NCBI GenBank assembly: GCA_964452555.1
Contig: CAYVMI010000033.1
Span: 1,553 to 65,552 of the forward strand
Source of the DNA: an uncultured Desulfobacterales bacterium
GTDB taxonomy: Bacteria; Desulfobacterota; Desulfobacteria; Desulfobacterales; B30-G6
Reading direction: 5' to 3'
DNA length: 64,000 nucleotides
The translations under genes and the position numbers were made by a program. The notes beneath the pieces were generated by a model that saw only the letters and a list, made by a program, of their open reading frames with translations, made no database searches and was not told the origin of the DNA. Every line of letters begins with the position of its first letter. Positions within the stretch are counted from its first letter, which is position 1. Positions 56,443 through 64,000 of this stretch are shown here, piece after piece.

Positions 56443-57081
56443 ATGCTAAAAGACCGCAAACGTACCGACAAGATCCGTAAAATACTAAGAACCGCCTACC
56501 CGGAAGTCAAGACCCAGCTTGATCATGAGAACCCCTTCCAATTGCTGATTGCAACCATATTATCAGCACAATGCACGGATAAGCAGGTCAATAGAGTGAC
56601 CGGGAGTTTGTTTAAAGCATTGCCGAACCCCGGCGCATTTGCCAAGGCCCCCTTATCCCGGATCGAGAGCCTGATTCGATCCACCGGTTTTTATCGCAAC
56701 AAAGCCAAAAACATCCAAGGCTGCGCCCGGGCCTTGCTGGCTGACCATAAAGGTCACGTCCCGAATAAGCTGGAGGCGCTTGTAAAGCTTCCCGGTGTCG
56801 GCCGTAAAACAGCCAACGTCGTATTGGGCGCGGCTTTCAATTTACCGGGAATCGTCGTGGACACGCATGTGGCCAGAATATCGCGCCGCCTTCAATTAAC
56901 CGAGCACACCGATCCCGTCAAAATTGAATTCGATCTCATGGATCAGATGCCCAGACGTGCCTGGAGTGACTTCTCTTTGCATCTGATTTATTTTGGTCGG
57001 GAATTTTGTCAGGCTAGGAAGCCGAAATGCCCGGGTTGTCCATTGAGAAGGCTATGTAATTCGCCTGACAAAATCGTATGA
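56443..57081 (+). CDS. nth: Endonuclease III
   Basis: HhH-GPD motif LVKLPGVGRKTANVVL...VDTHV. C-terminal 4Fe-4S Cys ladder CQARKPKCPGCPLRRLC. Confidence 0.93.
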   Translation: MLKDRKRTDKIRKILRTAYPEVKTQLDHENPFQLLIATILSAQCTDKQVNRVTGSLFKALPNPGAFAKAPLSRIESLIRSTGFYRNKAKNIQGCARALLADHKGHVPNKLEALVKLPGVGRKTANVVLGAAFNLPGIVVDTHVARISRRLQLTEHTDPVKIEFDLMDQMPRRAWSDFSLHLIYFGREFCQARKPKCPGCPLRRLCNSPDKIV

Positions 57082-57124
57082 TTTTGATCTGTTAATCATA
57101 TTAGGATTGGAGGTTTGAAGGGGT

Positions 57125-57243
57125 GGTGGGGTGAAGGGGTGAAGGGGTGAAGGGGTAACTTTTGAACATCGAACATCCAACATCCAACATTGAACATTGA
57201 AGGATAATAAAAAGGGTTGGTGGATTGAAGGGTTGGAGGGTAA
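57125..57243. repeat. Composite repeat: 8-mer tandem GAAGGGGT x3-4, a heptamer array, then GGGTTGG words
   Basis: ggtggggtgaaggggtgaaggggtgaaggggt at 57125-57156. Heptamer array at 57162-57203. agggttggtggattgaagggttggagggtaac at 57213-57243. Confidence 0.75.
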
Positions 57244-57339
57244 CTATGAGCAATAAGCTATTAGTAGCTTCCAGGCGTCCCGGCATCCCAGCCTTATAGC
57301 AGTATTATCACAACAAACTAAAAACACATAACAAACTCA

Positions 57340-58221
57340 ATGAACTCAACAAACTCAATAAACAAGCTTCTGCTGGGTGCCCACTTCTCAATTGCCAAGG
57401 GCCTTCACGATGCAGTCTACCAGGCCGCAGCGTACGGCTGCAATGCCCTGCAGATCTTCACCAAAAATGCAACCACCTGGAAAGAACGTACCATTACGCC
57501 GGATGAAGCCGCGCGCTTTAAAGCAGCTGTCACCGAAACCGGCATCGGATCCATTGCCGCCCATACTTCCTATCTGATCAATCTGGCATCACCGGAACCA
57601 AAAAAACATGATATGTCGTATAGTGCACTGCAACAAGAGTTGCTGCGCGCATCCATGCTGGACATACCTCACTGTGTGCTCCATCCGGGTGCGCACATGG
57701 ACAGCGGAGAAAAAGCCGGTCTTTTAAAAATCTCTGCCAGTATCAATCAAATCTTTGCGGAGACCACCGGGATCACCACCGGTCTGCTGCTTGAAACCAC
57801 CGCCGGCCAGGGATCGGGCCTGGGACATACCTTTGAGCAGCTGGCCGCAATCATCGATGCAATCGAGCAAAAGGATCAGGTCGGCGTCTGTCTGGACACC
57901 TGTCATATCTTTGCGGCCGGTTACGATATCCGCACCCGGGAAGCCTATGAAAAAACCATGAAGGATTTTGATACAATCCTGGGGCTGGACAAGCTGAAGG
58001 CAATCCATATCAATGATTCCAAAAAAGAATTGGGATCGCGCGTGGACCGCCATACCCATATCGGCCAGGGGCATATCGGTGTGGATGCCTTTAAATTGAT
58101 CCTGAATGATCCCCGGCTCACACACAAACCTAAACTACTTGAAACAGCTAAAAAAGAAGGCGATATTGATTGGGATCAGAGGAACTTATCATTATTAAGA
58201 TCGCTTGTAAGTTCCGACTAA
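57340..58221 (+). CDS. nfo: Endonuclease IV (deoxyribonuclease IV)
   Basis: AHTSYLINLASP, HPGAH, LLETTAGQG, CLDTCHIFAAGYD, HINDSK. Confidence 0.92.
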   Translation: MNSTNSINKLLLGAHFSIAKGLHDAVYQAAAYGCNALQIFTKNATTWKERTITPDEAARFKAAVTETGIGSIAAHTSYLINLASPEPKKHDMSYSALQQELLRASMLDIPHCVLHPGAHMDSGEKAGLLKISASINQIFAETTGITTGLLLETTAGQGSGLGHTFEQLAAIIDAIEQKDQVGVCLDTCHIFAAGYDIRTREAYEKTMKDFDTILGLDKLKAIHINDSKKELGSRVDRHTHIGQGHIGVDAFKLILNDPRLTHKPKLLETAKKEGDIDWDQRNLSLLRSLVSSD

Positions 58222-58776
58222 ATAAATCTTAATAAGGAGCATTCAGCACCGGATTTTCACATGAGGAGACAGAAGTCAGAATTCAGGAGATAAGGTTTCG
58301 GGCTACAAGTTCCGAGATTCGAGTTACAGGAATCGGTTTACAGCTTCCAGCCTCATGTTCCTTATTGTCCCAGCCTTCGGCTGTCATCTCCTTGAAAAAG
58401 GGGATCCAGGATAAGCCTTTAGCTGATAGCCGATTGCCTTTACCAGATTCCCATCCCCTCCTCCCAGGGGACAAGCTTTCATGGGAATAGCAGGAAGAGC
58501 TGACCGTTTCGTCTGGATTCCCTCTTCCGAGGGAATGACAATGGGGCGGCAGGCAGAACGGTTTTGTATTAATGGCGGTCCTGGTGAGGTGGTAATATGC
58601 TTTTAAGGTGACGACTATTATTCAGGACTTGATCATGCTGGAGATTGTTAGGCTATTAGACTTTTGAGCGTTCAACTGTTGTGAACCCTTAGCACCCTGC
58701 TATTGGCTACCATAGTGCCAACCACTATGAGCAAAGAGCTAACTTCTGAATTCTGATTCCTGACTTCTAATAAATC

Positions 58777-58812
58777 GACGTTCGATGTTGAATGTTCGAT
58801 GTTCGATGTTTT
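58777..58812. repeat. Heptamer array, inverted relative to 57162-57203
   Basis: cgacgttcgatgttgaatgttcgatgttcgatgttt. Confidence 0.75.
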
Positions 58813-58914
58813 TAAAATTATATTTGCTTTATATAACGAATCATACCAAGTTTATACACGATAATTTAAACAGTTGAGCAAAACATATTAGATCTTGAGC
58901 GACAGGAGCACAAA

Positions 58915-59727
58915 ATGCCCCCTCCCAAAAGTGCCATGGAAATTTTCCAGCATCTGAATAAATCAAACTGCCGTGAATGCGGCGATCAAACCTGCCTGGC
59001 TTTTGCCGGATCCGTTTATACCGGACGCCGGGATCTGAGCGCATGTCCCTATTTGAATGACGAGGTCATTCGGAAATTTTCAGGAGATGCCGATGGGCAG
59101 CCCACACCCGAAGATAGCCGTTACGAATACCTGGAAATCCTGAAAGCCGAAATCTCGAAAGCCAATCTGGCGGAGGCAGCCGACCGTCTTGGGGCCGGGT
59201 ATACGGATGATCGACTGCATCTGAAAATTATGGGTAAGGCCTTTAGCGTGGATGCCTCCGGAAATATTTCCACCGAGATCCATGTCAATCCCTGGGTGGC
59301 CATTCCATTTTTAAATTATGTACTCGAAGGAAAAGGGGTCGCCCCAACGGGCAACTGGGTATCCCTGCGGGAGCTGCAGGGCGGCAAGGAGTTCTACGGC
59401 CTTTTTCAGAAGCGCTGCGAGGAACCCATCAAGCAGATTGCCGACGCCTATACAGATCTCTTTGATGATCTGACTCACATGTTCAGCGGTAAGAAGGTGG
59501 CCCGGCAGTTTGAATCAGATATATCCGTTGTCCTGCATCCCCTGCCGCTGGTTCCTGTGATGATCTGCTATTGGCTGCCGGAAGACGGCCTGGCTTCGAG
59601 TCTCAACCTTTTTTTCGACGACACCGCAGACCAGAACCTCAATATCCGGTCCGTCTATACCCTGGCCGCTGGTCTGGCCCAAATGTTTGAAAAAATATCC
59701 CACCGGCACGGCACAAAAAAGCCCTAA
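58915..59727 (+). CDS. Protein with an N-terminal Fe-S-binding Cys motif and a DUF3786-like body
   Basis: N-terminal CRECGDQTCLAFA...C motif. The remainder resembles DUF3786 proteins common in anaerobes. By-eye call. Confidence 0.5.
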   Translation: MPPPKSAMEIFQHLNKSNCRECGDQTCLAFAGSVYTGRRDLSACPYLNDEVIRKFSGDADGQPTPEDSRYEYLEILKAEISKANLAEAADRLGAGYTDDRLHLKIMGKAFSVDASGNISTEIHVNPWVAIPFLNYVLEGKGVAPTGNWVSLRELQGGKEFYGLFQKRCEEPIKQIADAYTDLFDDLTHMFSGKKVARQFESDISVVLHPLPLVPVMICYWLPEDGLASSLNLFFDDTADQNLNIRSVYTLAAGLAQMFEKISHRHGTKKP

Positions 59728-59788
59728 GCATTCAGGGGTGAGCTTTCAGCTGCTGATTGCTTAGGGCTTATAGCTTAAATCTTATAGC

Positions 59789-60691
59789 TTATGGTGCCAC
59801 CGTATCGCAGCGGTCGCCATCCCAATACCGCCAAAGATCATCACCAAAATGGGCCTGGTTCCTCACCCGCCCTTCGTCTGAGCTTGTATTGGCATCGATT
59901 TCCACGAGGTTGTCGCCCACGGCGTTGTAGATGTCGTAGAAGGCATTATAATCGGTGTCTGCATCCACACCGTATTCGATGAATCCGCCTTCATTGGTAT
60001 CGCCCGTGCGGATGTTTGTGTATGTAACCTGCCAGGTCTGGTTGGCGACACTCCGGCTCCACTCGATGCCGATCCAGTCTTCGTCATCTGTGGGATTATT
60101 CTTGAGCGTCCAGGTTCCCGCCGTCGCCGGAAGATTGGAAGTGCCCCGGTACCAGAGAAAATCCGCGTATTCCCCCTGTTTGGTGATATACATGCGCCAT
60201 TGGACTTCTCCGTCCTCAAAGGCGCCATGCAGTTCGGCGGTATATATGACGTTGAATATATTTACATCATAGGACCAGATCCAGGAGCCATCATTTTGAA
60301 GCACGGGCTCATGGTTAAAGGCCTCCACAAAAGACCAGGATGGTACCGCCAAAGTGACCCACAAGGCCGTGTTCCAAAAGCCGACCTGAAATGCTGCGTG
60401 GGTATAATTGGCCTGGGAACAGCTGCCTTGAATCGTAATCTCGTCGGGTTCTGTCTTGGGCAGCTTGAGTGCTTCCGCCGGTGCGATCCGGTCCATCGCG
60501 GCGCCACTGGCACGATTTCCGCCCATACTGCTGAAATCCGGAGCCAGGGTATAGGCCGGCGGAATTGTGGGCGCGTCATCATCGTCGTCGCCGTCTGAAT
60601 CGTTCTCGCCGCACCCCGCCAATGTCAGCATCAAAATAGCTGCAATGAGCAGCAGCAACCGATGCCATTTAGTTTGCCAGGATGTGTTCAT
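59789..60691 (-). CDS. Hypothetical Trp-rich lipoprotein
   Basis: Perfect lipobox LAGC followed by an acidic linker (DSDGDDDDD). The body is rich in W/Y/T, suggesting a beta fold. I recognise no family. Confidence 0.6.
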   Translation of the reverse strand: MNTSWQTKWHRLLLLIAAILMLTLAGCGENDSDGDDDDDAPTIPPAYTLAPDFSSMGGNRASGAAMDRIAPAEALKLPKTEPDEITIQGSCSQANYTHAAFQVGFWNTALWVTLAVPSWSFVEAFNHEPVLQNDGSWIWSYDVNIFNVIYTAELHGAFEDGEVQWRMYITKQGEYADFLWYRGTSNLPATAGTWTLKNNPTDDEDWIGIEWSRSVANQTWQVTYTNIRTGDTNEGGFIEYGVDADTDYNAFYDIYNAVGDNLVEIDANTSSDEGRVRNQAHFGDDLWRYWDGDRCDTVAP

Positions 60692-60904
60692 AGTGCACCT
60701 CCAGAGATCTGTGCCACGATTTTTTATTCAGAATGATGCCGGTATTGTAGCACCTCCTGAATAGCAGGTCAACGCTCACCGATCTGGTCGGTAAGGCATG
60801 GCAGATGAATCTAAAACTTGTGGCCGCAGATACCTTTTGCTATGGTGGCAAACGCCAAATTTAATGAAGATCTAAGCTAACTTTTATAAGGAAATGGTAA
60901 CCAT

Positions 60905-61939
60905 ATGAAACTCGGCATTGTGGGATTGGCCGCTAGCGGCAAATCGACTGTTTTTGATGCCTTAACCAAGCAGCAATCAGATCCCGGCCCCAAAATTGAA
61001 GGCCGAATCGGTACCGTAAAGGTACCGGATGTGCGCGTTGATACATTGAGTCAGCTCTATCAGCCCCAAAAAACCATATATGCCCAGGTGGCCTATTATC
61101 TCCCGGGCACAAGTGGAAGTGCCCTGGAAGCCAAAAAGGAACAATCCATTTGGACCCAGGCGCGGGACTGCAATGCGCTTATTCATATTCTCCGTAATTT
61201 CAAGTCTTTCGGACAGGAAGCCGCCAATCCGCCCAAAGATTTTAAACGCCTGGATCAGGAATTGATCCTGGCGGATCTGGTCGTGGTTGAAAAACGATTG
61301 GAGCGCCTGCAGCTTGATGGGAAGCGGGGCAAAAAAGCCGATCCTGAGGAACTGGCCTTGCTGCAAACCTGTCTTGAAACTTTGGAACAGGAAATCCCCT
61401 TAAGAAAGCTGGAACAGGTGGCAGCCTCCCCCCTGCTTAGGGGCTTTGCCTTCCTCTCGGCCAAACCCATGCTGGTTTTGTTTAACAATGAGGATGAAGA
61501 TGACCAGTTGCCGGAAATCAAAAGCCTTACGGATCAGGAAAACTGTTTGGTGATCCGGGGCAAGCTCGAGCAGGAATTGTCCCAAATGACGGAAGCGGAT
61601 GCCGAGGAGTTCCTGAACGAATTTAACATCACGGCCTCGGCCATGGATCGGGTAATTCATGGATCGTATGAACTCCAGGGTCTGATCTCATTTTTCACGG
61701 TCGGTGAAGACGAAGTGCGGGCCTGGACCATCACCCAGGACACCTTGGCCGATGATGCGGCCGGCGTGATTCATACGGATATGAAAAAGGGATTCATCCG
61801 CGCCGAAGTTGTGTCCTATAAGGACTTGATGGATGCCGGCACATATGCCGCTGCCCGAAAATTAGGCACGGTCAGGCTGGAAGGCAAGACCTATAAGGTT
61901 CAGGATGGGGATATTATGAGCGTCAGGTTCAACGTTTAG
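60905..61939 (+). CDS. YchF-like Obg-family GTPase/ATPase
   Basis: P-loop GIVGLAASGKSTVFDALT. C-terminal IHTDMKKGFIRAEV block, as in YchF. Confidence 0.8.
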   Translation: MKLGIVGLAASGKSTVFDALTKQQSDPGPKIEGRIGTVKVPDVRVDTLSQLYQPQKTIYAQVAYYLPGTSGSALEAKKEQSIWTQARDCNALIHILRNFKSFGQEAANPPKDFKRLDQELILADLVVVEKRLERLQLDGKRGKKADPEELALLQTCLETLEQEIPLRKLEQVAASPLLRGFAFLSAKPMLVLFNNEDEDDQLPEIKSLTDQENCLVIRGKLEQELSQMTEADAEEFLNEFNITASAMDRVIHGSYELQGLISFFTVGEDEVRAWTITQDTLADDAAGVIHTDMKKGFIRAEVVSYKDLMDAGTYAAARKLGTVRLEGKTYKVQDGDIMSVRFNV

Positions 61940-62007
61940 TGGCTGTTGCCATAATTTTACCAGACACATAGATGTCATTAACTGACATAAATGGGTTCAA
62001 GGAAAAC

Positions 62008-62107
62008 ATTAGGCTGTAGCTTTTTAGACTGTAGGCTATAGGCTGCTAAACGTCAAAGGCTTTCAGCCAATAACAGCCTATAGTCTACAGCCTACAGCCT
62101 AATAGCC
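62008..62107. repeat. 100-bp hairpin of TAGGCTG/TAGCCTA words
   Basis: attaggctgtag...ctgtaggctataggctg pairs with cagcctatagtctacagcctacagcctaat. Related copies lie at 33831-33894, 36838-36900, 39020-39062 and 56310-56356. Confidence 0.75.
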
Positions 62108-62201
62108 TGATTGTACATTCGAATCCATATCAACATATGAATAACAAAGTAAAACAACCACATATCGATTACAATAGAACATGTAGAATGGAGGCCCAAG
62201 A

Positions 62202-63443
62202 ATGAATGATAAAGATCTACGCATCAATGGCAAGCGGCTGCAGGGGACGCTCGAAGCAATGGCTAAAATCGGCGCAACACCAGGCGGCGGTGTTCAGCGA
62301 CTTACCCTCACCGACGAAGACAAAACCGCCCGGGATCTCTTCGTTAAATGGCTCAAGGAAATCGACCTCACCGTTACCATCGACGAAATGGGTAACATAT
62401 TTGGCCGCCGGGCCGGTTCGGATGACAGCCTTCCCCCGGTTATGAGTGGTTCCCATATTGATTCCCAACCCAAAGGTGGACGTTTCGATGGCATATTGGG
62501 TGTAATGGGCCCCCTGGAAGTGCTGCGAACCCTGCATGAAAACGACATCGAAACCAAACGGCCCATCGTAATTGTCGATTGGACCAATGAAGAAGGCTCC
62601 CGTTTTGCTCCGGCCATGGTGTCCTCCGGTGTTTGGGCCGGTGCTCTGGATCGGGATTGGGTCTATGATCGCACCGACATCAATGGCACCCGGTTTGAAG
62701 ATGAATTGATGCGCATCGGCTACAAAGGAGAAATGCCCGCCCAAAAATGGCCGGTGCATGCCTATTATGAATACCATATCGAACAAGGCCCCATGCTGGA
62801 ACGCGAAGGCAAACTCATCGGTGCCCCCAAAGGCATTCTCTGCCTGCACTGGTACGATATCTATCTGGAGGGTGAAGCCAATCAGGTGGGCCCGACACCA
62901 ATGGAGGGACGCCACGACGCCCTGTGCGCGGCGGCGGAAATGATCCTCAAGGTCAACCATCTGCCGGATGACATGGGCGGCAACATGGTGGCCACGGTGG
63001 GCGAAATTCAGAATTATCCCAACTCACGCAACATCATTCCCGACAAAGTCCATTTCACCGTCGATATCCGATCTTGGGATGACGATCATGCCATCAAAGC
63101 CTGGGAGCGGTTGCGCCAGGATTTCGAGGCCATTGCCCAAAACCGCGGCTGTCCCATCCGCATCGAAGAAACGTGGCGGGTGGAACATTCCCCCTTTGAT
63201 GAAAACCTGGTGCAGCGCGTCCTGAATGTTGCCGACGAACTCGGCTATGCCAACCTCCATATGGTCAGCGGTGCCGGCCATGATGCCAGCTACATGAATC
63301 AAATCGCCCCCACCGCCATGATTTTTGTTCCCAGCATCGGGGGCCGCAGCCATGTCGAAGTCGAAAATACCACCTGGGAGGATTGTGAAGCCGGGGGCAA
63401 TGTGCTGCTGCATTGTCTGTTACAATCGGCGAATGAGTCTTGA
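62202..63443 (+). CDS. M20-family amidohydrolase (allantoate amidohydrolase / N-carbamoyl-L-amino-acid hydrolase / beta-ureidopropionase type)
   Basis: MSGSHIDSQPKGGRFDGILGV, WTNEEGSRF, and the C-terminal SGAGHDA block. Confidence 0.85.
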   Translation: MNDKDLRINGKRLQGTLEAMAKIGATPGGGVQRLTLTDEDKTARDLFVKWLKEIDLTVTIDEMGNIFGRRAGSDDSLPPVMSGSHIDSQPKGGRFDGILGVMGPLEVLRTLHENDIETKRPIVIVDWTNEEGSRFAPAMVSSGVWAGALDRDWVYDRTDINGTRFEDELMRIGYKGEMPAQKWPVHAYYEYHIEQGPMLEREGKLIGAPKGILCLHWYDIYLEGEANQVGPTPMEGRHDALCAAAEMILKVNHLPDDMGGNMVATVGEIQNYPNSRNIIPDKVHFTVDIRSWDDDHAIKAWERLRQDFEAIAQNRGCPIRIEETWRVEHSPFDENLVQRVLNVADELGYANLHMVSGAGHDASYMNQIAPTAMIFVPSIGGRSHVEVENTTWEDCEAGGNVLLHCLLQSANES

Positions 63444-63701
63444 AATTAAATCGTGTTCCACGATTTAATGATAACGCGTACCTTTCGCCGCAGGGCGAAA
63501 GGCCGTCGCTCCTATTCCAAGGAAGGTACAAGCAATCGGTTTTTCACCCTCACCCGGCTTCCCATATCAAGGCGGAGGGGCTCAACTTCCCTCCCCTTGC
63601 GGGAGGGATTGAGAGAGGAGGAAATACGGGTTCAATCCTTTAAATTGTTGATAAGTCCTTTTATATTTTAAATTGGATTACAGTCACCTGGAGGAAATTA
63701 A

Positions 63702-64000
63702 ATGAGCAGCATCAAGCAATCCCACGGCCTTCAAACCAAGGCCATCCATGCCGGAGAATCACCCCGAAAACAAGGCAAAGCCTCCGCGCCCCCGATTTGC
63801 ATGTCCAGTACCTTTATTATGGAAGAAGCTCTAAGTTTCTCGGCCAACAATCTTCAACCGGATTCACCCTTGATCTATTCCCGCTGGGCCAATCCCACCA
63901 ATACGCAATTGGAGGTTAAACTGGCAGCCCTGGAGAATGCGGAATCCTGCGCGGCGTTTTCCTCCGGGATGGCAGCTTCCAGCTCAATTCTGCTGAGCCT
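63702..64000 (+). CDS. 5-prime part of a Cys/Met-metabolism PLP-dependent enzyme (cystathionine gamma-synthase / O-acylhomoserine sulfhydrylase / Met gamma-lyase family), truncated by the window edge
   Basis: ATG at 63702 after GGAGGA. QTKAIHAG and YSRWANPT motifs. Confidence 0.8.
   Translation, partial: MSSIKQSHGLQTKAIHAGESPRKQGKASAPPICMSSTFIMEEALSFSANNLQPDSPLIYSRWANPTNTQLEVKLAALENAESCAAFSSGMAASSSILLS

Noticed and set aside
21800-58812. Tandem heptamer and octamer arrays, considered as possible CRISPR arrays.
   Set aside because: The units are 7-9 nt, degenerate and contiguous, without unique spacers of 25-40 nt. No cas genes are present.
63446-63469. The hairpin attaaatcgtg-ttcc-acgatttaat after the amidohydrolase gene, as an intrinsic terminator.
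   Set aside because: The stem is AT-rich and weak, and it is not followed by a clean T-run. It is possible, but the support is too weak to list as a feature.
63564-63650. atatcaaggcggagggg upstream of a Cys/Met-metabolism gene, superficially like the start of a SAM-I (S-box) riboswitch.
   Set aside because: The downstream conserved S-box elements (GGCCC...GCAACC and the P2/P4 pairings) are absent. The segment is instead a GGAGGG/CCCTCC word hairpin (ggaggggctcaacttccctcc ... gggagggattgagagaggagg) of the dispersed repeat type.

Overview
This is a 64-kb chromosomal segment. Gene content suggests a Desulfobacterota or deltaproteobacterial anaerobe, but that is inference only. I call about 53 protein genes. 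I found no rRNA, tRNA, CRISPR array, transposase, integrase or phage genes.

Gene blocks, left to right:
1. cadC-cadA-type metal efflux (480-3149, minus strand).
2. An amino-acid-type uptake and catabolism island (3306-10362): YheO-like regulator, ABC transporter, threonine-dehydratase-like enzyme, ornithine-cyclodeaminase-like enzyme and an aminotransferase.
3. Signalling genes: REC-PAS-GGDEF and two large hybrid histidine kinases.
4. A tetR-thioesterase pair with a duplicated palindromic operator.
5. A co-oriented minus-strand run, lexA > DUF72 > imuB > dnaE2 > XPD/DinG-like helicase-nuclease. This is an imuA-less SOS mutagenesis cassette.
6. hup and a RACo-like corrinoid activase.
7. A beta-CASP RNase, a REC-LuxR regulator, a PPTase and rsmI.
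8. A cluster of LPP20/FlgP-like and FlgO/CsgG-like lipoproteins with a trypsin-like protease and a REC-REC-HD-GYP regulator (37118-44283).
9. The conserved ffh-rpsP-KH-rimM-trmD-(SPOUT MTase)-rplS-rnhB-yraN block.
10. rlmN, nth, nfo, a ychF-like gene, an M20 amidohydrolase and a partial Cys/Met PLP enzyme.

The most striking non-genic signal is in the intergenic gaps. Almost every gap longer than about 80 bp is packed with families of REP/MITE-like inverted repeats built from short degenerate 7-9 nt words. These include a 101-nt inverted repeat with 4 mismatches that brackets lexA. They also include interleaved long inverted repeats around the whole mutagenesis cassette.

All functional calls come from motifs read in the translated ORFs. 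No database search was possible.
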